Source: Chrysomallon squamiferum
Taxonomy: Eukaryota; Animalia; Mollusca
Direction: 5' to 3'
NCBI GenBank assembly: GCA_012295275.1
Contig: CM022677.1
Span: 6,138,001-6,202,000, forward strand
DNA: 64,000 nucleotides
Program-made: the position numbers and the translations under genes
The notes under the pieces: model-generated
What the model was told of the DNA's origin: nothing
What the model saw: the letters and a program-made list of their open reading frames with translations, nothing else
Database searches by the model: none
Part shown: one piece after another, positions 11,421 through 25,205 of the stretch
Layout of the letters: each line of letters starts with the position of its first letter
Numbering within the stretch: the stretch's first letter is position 1

Positions 11421-13158
11421 AAATTATTTTTATCTGACTCAGACTGTTTTCCTCATCACCAGAGTTCTCTTCTCATCACAAGTCTTCCTGTACTTTGATG
11501 TACCTCCACAGTCCTGAAAACAACAACAACAATAATAATAATGACAAAAAAGAATTAGCAAAAGATAAAAACAAAATATGAGAAATGCATAAATAATGAC
11601 ACTACTTCTACTTGTACTACTACTACTACTACTACTAATAATAATAATACATAATAGTAATAGTAATAACAATAATAATAACAATAAGACATAATAAAAT
11701 AATAATAATAATAATAACAATAAGAAGAAAAATAATTACAAGAAGAACTATAAGAATAAGAATATGAATAATAATAATTACAATAACGACTATAAAACAA
11801 TATTAAAATAATATGCAAATGTTTGTGTTATAACTGTATTAACTATTACTACTTATATTACTAGTTCTAATAATAATACTGACAACAGAATCAGTAACAA
11901 ACTCTGCTGATGTAGAACTGTTCTCATCATCTGAAATGTTGAGTTTTCTTTTGAATCCAGGTGATGTTTGTTCTGTCAGTTTTATATCACTTTTAGTCTC
12001 TGCTAAATTAATATTCAAAGATGAACCTAAAAGAAATAAAAAAAATTATCATCAGACCTCTGAACACAACAAAAAAGTATTTATTATAATGTTTAATAAT
12101 ATGAGAAGTGGAAGAATTGCTATTTGTGATTTTATCTCACCTTGTCACTTCTTATCAGCAGTTTTCTTGCACTTTGCAGTTCTGAAATTATAATAATAAC
12201 AACAACATCAACAGCAACAACAGTACTAACTATGACAAAAATAAAACAATAACAGCTGCTATTATAATAATCACATATAACCATACATGTTACTAAAATA
12301 CTATTTACTTACTAGTAAGACCACTGTTATGGTTAACACTAGCACTAGAAACATCGCTGCTACTGCTGCAGCTGTAGGAACAATAATAATAATGACAATT
12401 TAGTCAAGAATAAAGAAAAAGAGTTTAAAGATTACCAATATCAACAGTAATAATAATAAAAATAATATTAACAATAACAATAATAATAATAATAATAGTA
12501 ATACTGCTACTTATAATAAAACTGAAAGCAGAATCAGTAACCACCTCTGCTGGAATGTTCTGGAATGTTGAGTTTTCTTTTAAAGGCAGGTGATGTTTTT
12601 TTCTGTCAGTTTTATTTCACTTTTAGTTTCTGGCAAGTTTATATTCTAAGATGAAGCTAAAACATATTTTAAAAAGCAAATTTGTTACAATTTTGTACAA
12701 AATATGTATGCTTACTGACACGAGAAGTTTCAGTTAGGATTTGAGATTCAGTTGGGAAATATTTTACCTGGTAAGTCGAGGTACCATTGTATTAGAAAAA
12801 TATTTTTAGTTGCTTGTTCAAAAGGTGTCACTTCACATTGCATAAAAAAACAGGGTTTCTTTTTCAATATCTGTATAGTTAGTTACTTTTAAGATATTAA
12901 AAACTAGTAAAAAAACCATACTGTGTATGTTCTTAAATAAAATATATCTGTAAACTCGACATCTTCCATCATCTCAATGAAGCAGAAATCGAGCCTCATC
13001 ACTAAACCAGACAGTTCTCCATCATAATTGAGGCCAGACTCTGTGCACTAGACACCACTGACATCGTAGTTGACAATGCTGTTGACTCAAAACCACTTTT
13101 CTTACAGGCTGTCTGGCTCAAATACCTGCCTCGCATTTGTAGTAACACAGTAGTAGTT

Positions 13159-13191
<33 letters not shown>

Positions 13192-15124
13192 TAGAAGATA
13201 CAGTTAGTAATATTTATACGTTACAATGAACAGTAAGATAAGAGATTATTTAAAAACAAATATTAAGTAAAAAAGCTGAGATCTGCTGAGGTCAGTTCTT
13301 TGCTATTTCCATTTTACACTTGTCCACTGCCAGAAACAGGAACTCTTTAAAATGTGGCATCAGGGACTCCAGCTGTAAATAAATATATAAATAAATAACA
13401 AGAAACAAGTAAGCAAACAAACAAATAAATAAATAAGTAAACAAACAAGCAAATAAACAAATAAATAAAAAAACAAACAAGTAAGCAAATAAACAAATAA
13501 ACAAACAAACAAACAAACAAACAAATAAATAAGTAAATAAATAAATAAATAATAAATAAATAAATAAATATGCAGTGATAGAAAACAGGTAGAATTCCAT
13601 TGAAGAAAAATGGTGGGGTCAGATATAAACCAATCCATTTTTATTTACTGAACTTAGTTCTGTATGTTGTTTTAAAACAGTTTTGTTAATCTCTGTAATA
13701 CTATCAGGCACAAGATGTTTTATTTTACTAACAGAATTGACATTAATAAAATACTTCATATAAAGTTATTATTAATATATTGTACATATAAAGTTATTAA
13801 CAAAATATTGTATATAAAGTTATTAATAAGATATTGTATGTATAAAATTACTAATAAAACTGATATAAAATTACTTACTACAGTAGAACATTTTACAATG
13901 GAGAACTTGAAATGTCTGATGTTCTTATTGAACTCGGAGAGTCCCTTTTTTTACTTGAAATGAGTCTAAACAGTCTAAATATTTTCTGTATACTTCCATG
14001 TTTTTTCAGTTGGATTCTTTTTCTTTGTTTTTATTTTGCTGTTGTTCTATCTTAATTAATATCAGTTGTATAACAGTTGGTATAAATAGAATATCCAAAT
14101 TACTTTTTATTTGTTTGGTTTTTTTTGCTATCCAGTCTTACTAATAAAGTATAAAAAATAGTCTAGATTCCAAGGTTTATTTTATTTGTTTTCTTGCAAT
14201 CCTGTCTTAATTAATAAGGTAGAAAAATAATCACTTCTGAATTAACTGAATTATACTGATTAGATAAATTAGTTTTTAAAAAGGTAAATTTAACTCACAT
14301 TTCATTAACGTAACTCCAAAGCAATTAATTTGATCTCATTTTAAAATAAGAACAGCTCAAAATGTATTATGAAGTGTTTTTAAACAGAATTCATAAGAAA
14401 TATTTATATAAAGATATCTAGTCTTACATGTATTTTAATACTCTACAGTTGTAATAACTCTGTCACTACTTATTATTTCAGTGATGTCATCTTTTTATTT
14501 CTTCAAAGTCTCTTAGCAGATATTTAAACATTATGCCATTTACTAGTTAAATAAATGTCATAAACAACATATTATTATCATATAATTATAATTTATTTTA
14601 TTTCTGTCTGGTATATAAATATTAATATCACACATTTACATGTTAAATGAATCTAATACATTAGTTGTATTACTGTCATATATTTTATTAGATCTGGTAA
14701 ATATTAATATTACACATTTACATGTCACAGAACTGTTAATACCTTGTCCACACACATTAGTTCTATTTCCAGGCCATATTTGACACATCATTCCCTCTAT
14801 AACCAACTTCCTTTACAAGACATTTCCACATATTGTTCTGCCTTTTCCAGTGCTGAGAAAAAAGCCATACTGTGTCTAGAATGTCTGTATCTATTTCAGT
14901 TTTTATCAACAAGTCACTCAACTGTTTCCCACCATCGTGTAATCCACATTTCATGACAGGGTCAACAACATCTGCAATGTCAATGTACTCTCAGTTCCTC
15001 CATCTCTCACTCAACCAGTCTCTACAACGTTGTTTAGGAGATTGGCCTTTATTTCAGACAACTTCTCAATCTCGCATTCATCTGCCTCGAAGGGACATGC
15101 ATAGTGATATGCTGTTCTCAGCCT

Positions 15125-16490
15125 CTGCAAACAATCAGTACTGTAATATTAGTAGTTGTAGTAGTAGTATGTGTGCATGTATATATGTGGTATAGTAGCA
15201 GCAGTATTAATAGGTGTAACACTAGTATGTATGTGTATGTACATGTATTATATGTGTGTGTGTGTGTGTGTGTGGTAGTAATAGTAGTAGTAGTAGTGAT
15301 ATGCTGTTCTCTGCCTGTGTAAACACAATCAGTACAGTAATATAGTAGTATCAGTAGTAATAGTTGTGGTAATAGTATGTATGTGTAATAGTATAGTAGT
15401 AGTATAGTACTAGTGCCTCTGTATATATAATGGTAGTGGTAGTATGTGTATGTAGATGTGTATGTACAATCAGTACAGTAATATAGTAGTAGTATCAGTA
15501 GTAATAGTTGTGGTAATAGTATGTATGTGTAATAGTAGTAGTAGTAGTGATATGCTGTTCTCTGCCTGTGTATACACAATCAGTACAGTAATATAGTAGT
15601 AGTATCAGTAGTAATAGTTGTGGTTATAGTATGTATGTGTAATAGTATAGTAGTAGTATAGTACTAGTGCCTCTGTATATATAATGGTAGTGGTAGTATG
15701 TGTATGTAGATGTATATATGTGTGTGTGTGTGTAGTAGTAGTAGTAATAGTAGTAGTATCAGTAGTAATAGTTGTGGTAATAGTATGTATGTGTAATAGT
15801 ATAGTAGTAGTAGTGATATGCTGTTCTCTGCCTGTGTATATCAGTAGTAGTATCAGTATAGTTGTGGTAATAGTAGTAGTATCAGTAGTAATAGTATGTG
15901 TGTAGTAGTAGTAGTAATATATATATATAGTAGTAGTATAGTACTAGTGCCTCTGTATATATAATGGTAGTATGTATGTATGTATATGTGTGTGTGTGTG
16001 TGTGTGTGTAGTAATAGTAGTATAGTAATAGTAATAATAGTAGTAGTATCAGTAGTATAGTTGTGGTAATAGTATGTGTGTGTGTAGTATAGTAGTAGTA
16101 GTAGTAGTAGTGCCTCTGCCTGTGTATGTATATATATATAGTAGTATCAGTAGTAATAGTTGTGGTAATAGTGTATGTGTAATAATAGTAGTAGTATGTA
16201 TGCCTGTGTGTGTGTGTAGATGTATATGTGTGTGTGTGTAGTAGTAGTAGTAATAGTAGTAGTATCAGTAGTAATAGTTGTGGTAATAGTATGTATGTGT
16301 AATAGTATAGTAGTAGTATAGTACTAGTGCCTCTGTATATATAATGGTAGTGGTAGTAATAGTTGTAAATATGTGTGTAAGTAGTATATCAGTAAATAGT
16401 TAATAGTATATGTGTAATAGTATAGTAGTAGTATAGTACTAGTGCCTCTGTATCTATAATGGTAGTGGTAGTAATAGTTGTAACAGTATG
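15125..16490. repeat. Compound (GTA)/(GT)-rich tandem expansion
   Basis: Recurring blocks agtagtatcagtagtaatagttgtggtaatag, gtactagtgcctctgtatatataatggtag and agtgatatgctgttctctgcctgtg. Largely absent from the paralog at 29940-30040. Confidence 0.9.
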
Positions 16491-16565
16491 TGAATATTAA
16501 GGATCTGTATACATCAAGATTATACATTATAAAAATGAATTCAAACAATCAGCTTTCATTAAGTC

Positions 16566-16612
<47 letters not shown>

Positions 16613-17113
16613 CATATTCAGTTATAGTTATTATTTTATAAAATACTACTCCTTCAAATAGTATTTCTTACATAATATCAATTCACATCAACTCATACTG
16701 CATTAATTTAAATCAATTTAAATCAGTTTACATTACACATCAATTCATATTACATCAATTTAATTAATTTGCATTACATTAATTCACATCAATTCACATT
16801 AATACCCATAAGAAATCATCTGTTAGTAGAAAAAATTAGATGCAGAGAAACCAAATTTTGAGAGAAAGACTGGACAGAGAAACTGTCTTAGAAGAAAAGA
16901 TTTCAGAAACAAGAGATAAATAAAAGTCTAAACACTGACCTGAAATGTTGGCAGCCATTTTGTAAACTGTAATACCTCATCAGTCTCACTGCCTCATGCA
17001 CAGATGTACACGTCTCTGTAATAAATGAATAAATATATAAATATATATATATATCTGAATACACACACACACACACACGCATGCATAGATGTACACGTCT
17101 CTGTAATAAATAA

Positions 17114-17154
<41 letters not shown>

Positions 17155-17360
17155 TATATACACACACACACACATGCATAGATGTACATGTCTGTGAAAA
17201 TAAATAAATATATATATATATATATATATGAATATACACACACACACACAAAATAAATAAATTGAATATACACACACACATAACATACATTGATGTACGT
17301 GAATATGTATGTAAATATATATATGTATATACATATATATATATATTTATATATCTAAAT

Positions 17361-17392
<32 letters not shown>

Positions 17393-17580
17393 ATGCAGAC
17401 ATGCGTGAAGACACACAGATGCATGCTCACACACACATGCTGATATGTACACACAAACACACACACATACATATTATAGTAAACCTATGTTGTACTGGAT
17501 GTTGAAACAATCATAACCATCAACAGTTAATTGTTGTAACAACCAATCTCCTCATGATGTGTACAAAGTACTGTTAAAAA

Positions 17581-17818
17581 TACAACATTCAGCTAAGTGA
17601 TAAAACTACAACATTCAGCTAAGTGATAAAACTACAACATTCAGCTAAGTGATAAAACTACAACATTCAGCTAAGTGATAAAACTACAACATTCAGCTAA
17701 GTGATAAAACTACAACATTCAGCTAAGTGATAAAACTACAGCATTCAGCTAAGTGATAAAACTACAACATTCAGCTAAGTGATAAAACTACAACATTCAG
17801 CTAAGTGATAAAACTACA
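17581..17818. repeat. 26-bp minisatellite TACAACATTCAGCTAAGTGATAAAAC x~9
   Basis: Near-perfect tandem units. The paralog at 30586-30666 has only ~3. Confidence 0.97.
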
Positions 17819-18671
17819 GATGTATTCATTTCATCTGTTAAATACAGATCATTAATAAACATCTCTGTAGTTTGTTCACTAAACTTCTTTGTAAGTTATA
17901 TTATTTGTATGTGTCTGTATGTATATATGTATGCAAATGTGTAAATGTGTGTCTGTATGTAAATATGTATGTGAATGTGTGTATCTTTATGTTTTTGTGT
18001 GTGTCTGTGTGTGTTTGCATGTGTATGTGTGTTTGTGTGTGTGTTTATGTTTACTCACTTTGTCTAACAAATCTAAAACATCTCTTCTTCTTAAAAATCT
18101 GGCAACATCTTTCACAGTAACTCCTCTGACCTGTTTGTATGAAAAAATAATTATTTTATAATTATACTTCTTTTGTACATACATACATACATACATATAT
18201 ATATATAAACATACATACTTGTTGTGTGTGTGTGTGTGTGTGTGTTCTATTATTTATTTTATTTGAAGTATTTAAAAGTTCTTACTTCATCCTGTTCTTC
18301 AACATGAACTCAACACATCAAGAGACAGTTTGCCATTTGTCTTATCAAGAGAAAATATTGTCACATTTCTTTCTCTCTCTAAAACATAAATACAATTATA
18401 ATGAATAAATACTGTCTTAGAAAGACAGAAAATATAATTTTGATCTGAAATGTATGAATATTGTGTTGAATGGTTTATATAGTATAGTTATCTAGACCTG
18501 ATGTATTTTCTAGGATTTTCTCTGGAATGTTTAATTATGTGTACATCATGAATAGGAAGCACATTCCAATATCTTTCTATAATGGAGTCAGAAATAGTCT
18601 AATGTGATTTGATTCTGTGACTATCGACACTTCAAACACTGAGTAGTGAGAAATATAATCCTACTGAAAAC

Positions 18672-18945
18672 ACAGCAGTCAGTTTAATTCATAGTTCACA
18701 GTTTTCTCTTTATTTCAGTGATTTAACACTGTGAAAAGCACTAACAAATAAAACAGTAGTCAGATTAATTCATAGTTCACAGTTTTCTCTTTATTTCAGT
18801 GATTTAACACTGTGAAAAGCTGACTAACAAGTAAAACAGTAGTCAGATTAATTCATAGTTCACAGTTTTCTCTTTATTTCAGTGATTTAACACTGTGAAA
18901 CAAAAGATTTGATAAGCAAGCTGACTAACAAGTAAACCAGTAGTT
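18672..18945. repeat. ~82-bp minisatellite x3
   Basis: aattcatagttcacagttttctctttatttcagtgatttaacactgtgaaa repeated. The paralog at 31512-31935 has ~5 units. Confidence 0.93.
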
Positions 18946-21900
18946 AAATAGTTTACAGTTTGGTTTTGTCACAGTCCACTGTATAATGATAGGCTCGCCT
19001 GGTCTTTGAGACTGAAATCTGGGTGACTTTGTAGAATCTTCCACATTAGCTGGAGTCTTCGTGTTGAAAACACTGCAAAACAAAGATCCCTGTAATGTAA
19101 GAAATATAAAATGATTTAAACATTTTCACATGAGCAAGTCCTTGATTGTCATCTTAACTTTTGTTATTAATATAACTACTTATAAACAAACATGTTAATA
19201 ACGTTATAATAAAATTTTGAAACAATTTGAAACACTAATATTTAATGTTCAAACTAATTCAAAATGGTAAAATTGTTATAATTAGATTACCCAGAAGTAT
19301 TTGCTGACATCAACACTGGCATCACACACCAATATTGAAGTGTAGTTGTACATCAAGAATTCTAAAAAAGAAATAGAACCATTAATATAGAGCTTATATT
19401 AGTTTACTAATGGTAAAATCTAGTATGTGTGGATATTGAGAATTCTGCAATAAGAAATAGTGCAGTTATCTTATTCTTGATGTAAGTACAGAGATCAGTA
19501 TTTCTAAATTATTAAAGAATCTTTCTTTTTTTTTCTTTTTCCTTTTTTGTTGGTTTTTTAATTCATGCTATACAGAATATATGTTTACAAATCCAGTTTT
19601 CTAAATAACATCTAAGTCAATTACAGTGTATGGACACTGATTTTATAAAATACAGAATCATTAATTTAAACTATTACAAAGATTTAAACTTACAATGTTT
19701 AGCATGATTAATTAATCCAACATTGTGTAAAAAGTGTGAGGTAAAAATAATGATTATAATTACTACTAATATAATTTCATCTCTAGACAATTATTTATAA
19801 TGAAATTATATATATAATTTTGAGAGATAAAGCAATATTACTTTATATTACCTTGTTAAGGAAATTCATAATACAGTTTGACCTCAATAGGGCCTCCTGC
19901 ACTTTCTGATAATTAATCTCTAGAACACCATAAATTAAATCCTGAAATTAAAATTAAGAATTAAAATAATAATTAATATAAGTTTGTATTCCTCTAGAAT
20001 CCAGACAGTGTCATGGTGTCTGAGAGCTGCAGCATACTGCCAAAGTGTGTGATCATCCTGCAAATACAGCAACAGAATCACAGTTACCATAGTAACCACT
20101 TCTTACAGTGACTTTCTCATCCTACAAGTAAATACATTCTCAATACAGGTAAACACTCATCAACATAATCAAGGTATAATGGCAAATGTTGTAATTAAAG
20201 GTAACTTAAATGCCATATTTTGTAAATAGTGAACTAGTACTTGCTTTTAATGTGCAACTCACTGGCCATTTTACCATGCATACAAAAAGACTGTTATTTA
20301 TGAAATAGTAACATGATCAACAATAACAAGAAGTAATTATAACAATAACAATAATAATAATAAAAAATAATAATAAAAAAATAATAAAAAAATAATAATA
20401 ATAATAGTAAAACCTTCTTTTTAATAAAGGGGTTGATGCCAGCAGCCATGAATCTCCAACATGAAGACATTTGTTGTGCAGATCAGTGTTCCAGGCTGAA
20501 TCAAACACAAAAACAAAAAAAGAAAGAAAGAACAAACTAATCCGACAAGTAAGTAGCTAAATAAGTAACAGCAAAGCTATGAATGAAATAAGTAATTAAA
20601 TAAGCAGAAAACTAAAGTAAGTAAGAAAGTAAATTAAGTAAATATTTTAGAAAGTATATATAAAAATTAATAATTACCCTCAATGCACCAACTTTTTTTC
20701 AATTAAAGAAGAGATTTCTTTTTTAAATCAGCCATAAATGGAAACTTACATTTTTAAAATTATTATATCTGTCAACAATCAGTAATTTAATTATTTTAAT
20801 CAAATAATCAAAAATAAATGATGTAAAAACAAAAACTCAGTGGATCAAAGTGATATTAACAAAATCACTGCCACAAAACAGAAATAATTCTTACATTTAG
20901 AGTTTTTGTTTTGCTTTAATCATTTGATTTTTAACATAACTCAGTTTAATAAATCATAACAGAAGATCTGATAATAATAATGACAAAAAAAACACCATTC
21001 CCAACACCATCAACAAAAACAGGAGTAATAATTATAATAATGATGATGATAATGATGATAATAACAATAATGGTAACAATAATAATGATAATGATGATAA
21101 TGATGTTAACATTAAAATGATAATAAAATGATAATAATAACTATAATGATGATGATAATGTAATAACAATGACAATAATAAAATTGGTTACCTTATTTTG
21201 AGCACATATGTTAATTCCTTGTGCACACAGAATTTGGAAATTATATGGTCTGTATATTGGGTATGTGAATGTTTCCTTTCTGAAAAACATACATTGTTAA
21301 ATCTTATCTTAAAACCTAATAAGGAAATACGCAGTATATAATCTGACTATTTCACCAAAAGTTCACTTTAAATGAGAAAATATATGTCAGTGAACACACA
21401 CAAACAACACATATACACACATTATAACATATACATATAACAACACATACATACAGCACATGCACACAACACACAAACAGTTCAGACATACCACAGTGTA
21501 AACAGACCCAATTACAAACACATGCTACATTTATATATTAATATGTTCATTACAACACATGAAAATGACATTTTACAAATATATACATTCACATACAGCA
21601 CTCACACATACAGACACAGACTAACACTGCCACAACAAATATTTACAACTACATATTTGTGATAAAATATTTTTGTGATTTTTATACAAAGGTCTAACAT
21701 TAGAAACACACTTCCAGTTGTTACAAATGTTTTGCTAACTAATTTATTTAAAAAATAGATTTCACTCTTACCTCAGCCATATTAATTAATTAATTAATTA
21801 ATTAATTTAAAAAATAGAAATCTCTATAATTTATTAATATAATCATGTATAAAACTCTGAGTATTTTGGTACAAAAGATGATTCCTGATCTCTCAATGTG

Positions 21901-23889
21901 TGAATAATTATTAAAATAATTCATAATAAAACTGACTGGAATATTTTTCAACTCACACCATGTCACCTGATTCACTCTTCAAACACTGCCCAACTCCCCG
22001 TCATACAGAACATGTAAACCGTGTGAAATATCTGTAGCTGCTTACAGTATAACTGCTATTTCATTTCCAAATCAGATGCAATAACATCTAAAAATCATTA
22101 ATTTTAAAATATGAAATTAAATAACAGAATTTATATAAGTCCATAAATGTAATAATTGTAATATTAACATATTCACTAAAAATGATTGTTTATGATGGTA
22201 ATAATAATAGTAATAATTATAACCATAACAATAATGCTATTAAAATATAAATTAGAATTTCCTATCATTCATTTTGTTTGTAACGTGTCGTCTATTTGCA
22301 TTTATTTATTCAGTTATCTCAGTTGATAAACTTTGCTCACATCTTTTAAAATGATGTTTTCATTTAGTATTTATTATTATTATTTATCTATTTATTATTA
22401 TAATTATATACAATGTGCCAACGTACAAAACAATAAACTTTTATACAGGCCTCCGACAGTACATCACTATATACTATTAATTTAGAGTACCACTGTACTA
22501 ACAGTAGTCCGAGAGATCGCTTGTTTTCACAGAATACTCTGAGCACGCATGACAGTTTCAAACTTCCAGTTATATATTGTTAACTATAGCTATTATTTTA
22601 AGATTCTGTTTATTTTTTTTATTGTAAAAAAAATCACGTCTGCTTGTACTTCAAGCGAACAATCGGAGATCATCGTATGTTTCCGTGAATGCAAAGAAAG
22701 AAATAAAAAAGGAAAAAGGATATATACAGCCTACTTGATTCACAAAACAGTTTATATATATAGGTGTATATGTAAATTTGAACAAATACATGAATCATGT
22801 TTTGGTTAATCTGTATGCCCTCTATTTTCTTATTTAACTGACGATTTTGAAAATAAAGGTTCCTGCCCGAAATCACTGTTCGGTTCTGATTATAATCTGT
22901 TTTCCTCTTTGTGTTCCTGTTGGTAAAATTACCATTCGCGTCTGCAAAAAAACAAAAACAATAAATAAATAAATAAAATAAAAAAAATAAAATAATAATT
23001 AATTAATTAATTAATTAATAATAATAATAATATACATGCTTGTAAGAGATATGGTTACAAAAATGAATAACTGAATTTTTAACAATCTTTTCGGATATTT
23101 TATACCTGTTTCAGTGTAATCCATGTGAAAACATTCTTATAATATTTCCATTTTAAAGTTAACCTTGTTTGGGCCTCCTTCCATCGGCTGTGTAGAAATA
23201 ATATTTATGCATGCATCTCTTAGTATACGAAATAAAACAAATTTATTTTCTGTGGCAGGTTATATATCAAAATTAATTAACATTTAGAAGGAATAAATTA
23301 GAAAACCTGAAATTAAAATGTTTAGGGGTTCATCATTTTTCTTTTAGCAAGTTCAGAACCCACATATTTTTTCAAACGTATTCTCCCCACTTACACTAAT
23401 TCAACACATTTATTCCATCATCATTTGCTACATTATTTCCAAGGCATTGTCACAAACGCGAAAAAAAAAAAAAATAAATAAAAAGAAAGAAAAGAAAAAG
23501 GGATATTTATCTTTCTCCGGCGTGAGAAATAAACTGCTCAAAACCTCCCCCGATTTTGTGCTGAAGGCCTCATATATACAGTCTGTAACTAACATTAATC
23601 GAGAAGTTACGTGCCTGAATAACTTTGATGATTTTATTAGGCAAAGCGGCACAATCAGGCAATGAATACGTAACCGGCTTCCATATCATTTCAACCCAGA
23701 TTTAGTAACATAAATAGTAATTCTGAGTTTCAGTCCATATCTTATAAAAAGAATGACCATTTTTCTCCCGAAGCAGAACTTTCGAAGAGAATTCAGGAGA
23801 TTCTGGTTGCGGAGAATCGGCATGATCGGCCGCTTTCTGACTCGGGAGTGAATCGGTTTCAGTGGCCAGGATTTAAGACGTCTTCGGCA

Positions 23890-24670
23890 GAAACCACGAT
23901 CTGGTGACGACGAGACTGAGGCAGTTGAATTTTTACGAAGAAATGGACTTGTGGATGACGAAGAAACTGCTGCTCTATGTTATCGTTGTGGTGGATAAAT
24001 GAAGGCAGCTCGAAGTAAAGGAAAAAACGGCGAAATCCTGCCAACTTTACTTTGCAAAACTCGCGCCGGAAATTATTATTTTTTTTTTTTCTTCTTCTAT
24101 GATACAGATTTAAATAAAAAAGTCCATTGCAATCTTTTCTCTGTGCCAAATTTTAGAATTAACTTTTTCATATTTTATTGAAGATGCATCTTATGATAAC
24201 ATGCAAGAGTTGACTGGTGGAGGTAACGAATCAATATGTGATTGGTTCAACGTGTTGTGACATTTGTACCCAAATTGTTTCCGTTAACAATCGTGGAGAA
24301 ATGATAAGAACTGATGAAGAGCACTGAATATCGACGAAGCTCGGTTTGCAGGGCGCCAGTAATACAACAGAGGGAGGATGCTGCAAGGAGACCACGCCCG
24401 TGATTCAACTGATAGAAGCTTGAGCCGAAAACAACCGAATCCATGGAAGACGCATTGATGGAACCAGAGTCTGAAGACACACTGTTGCTATTTTTGTGTA
24501 GAAAAAAGAAATCGTGAGAAACTTGAACCCATAATTCAGACAGAAGTTGCAAGATATTTGGTTATTCATTCTAAGAATGACCAGCATACTTGAATTTAAA
24601 TGGTCTGAATTTCAGCCATCCTACTGTCAATCACCAATGACATTTTGTTGATTAGCACACTGAAGCCAGT
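23890..24670 (+). mobile_element. Degenerate Merlin / IS1595 (ISXO2-like) transposase
   Basis: Stitched frames give EAVEFLRRNGLV..CYRCGG..ICDWFN..IDEARFAGRQ*YNRGR..VEKRNREKLEPIIQTEVA..IHS..AYLNLN..HPTVNHQ*HFVD. These match the IDE/KYNRGR/R-x-TL-PII/TVNH..FVD motifs of Merlin transposases. Many stops and frameshifts. Confidence 0.88.
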
Positions 24671-24728
24671 ATTGAAAAACCTGTTTGGTTTCGAAATTTT
24701 TGGCGTAGAATTTTCTCGGTGTAGATCA

Positions 24729-24769
24729 CTCTTTCTCTCTGTCTATCTGTCTGACTGTCTGTCTCTCGA

Positions 24770-24836
<67 letters not shown>

Positions 24837-25173
24837 ACTCTCTTTCTCTCTGCCTGTCTCTATCTCTCGCTCTGGTTGACTCTCTATCTCTCTTTCCTGT
24901 CTCTCCGCTATCCGTCTTTCTGTCTCTCTCTCTTTTCCTCTGTCTCTATGTCTCCCTGTCTGATCCCCTCTCTCTGTCTCTCTCTGTCCCTCTCTCTTTC
25001 TCTTTCTTCTGTCCGTCTATGTCTCTCTTTCTCCCTCCCCATCTATCTCTGTCTCTCTCTCTGTCAATCTCTCTTCCTCTCTCTGTCTCTCTCTGTCCCT
25101 ATCTCTCTTTCTTCTTCTTCTTCTCTCTGTCTCTCTATCTCTCTCTCTTTCTCCCTCCCCCCGTCTATCTCTG

Positions 25174-25205
<32 letters not shown>

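Larger units (their letters stand above)
8641..12657 (-). pseudogene. Unidentified multi-exon gene fragments (low-complexity S/K/E-rich product)
   Basis: GC-richer islands mostly bounded on the minus strand by polypyrimidine-AG and GT at ~12544-12657, 12140-12182, 11903-12026 (SSLNINLAETKSDIKLTEQTSPGFKRKLNISDDENSSTSAE), 11440-11514, 10300-10419 and 9850-10036. No recognisable domain. Confidence 0.4.
14594..19265 (+). repeat. Direct segmental duplication (paralog of 29387-32263)
   Basis: Near-identical sequence, e.g. ORFs 14744/29537, 14763/29556, 17872/30720, 17987/30835. The copies differ mainly in tandem-repeat copy number. Confidence 0.95.
13005..23190 (-). pseudogene. Multi-exon pseudogene with DEATH-fold-like segments
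   Basis: Minus-strand exons with AG/GT ends: ATG 23124 (MDYTET|DANGNFTNRN..), ~22790-22942, 21957-22088, 21192-21279, 20413-20496, 19852-19941, 19290-19362, 18998-19090, 18498-18663 (LTPL*KDIGMCFLFMMYT*LNIPEKIL), 18286-18378 (VEFMLKNRMK), 18057-18130 (VRGVTVKDVARFLRRRDVLDLLDK), 16940-17016, 14743-15124 (WKCLVKEVGYRGNDV), 13878-13965. Many in-frame stops and frameshifts. The domain call rests on helix-pattern resemblance only. Confidence 0.5.
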
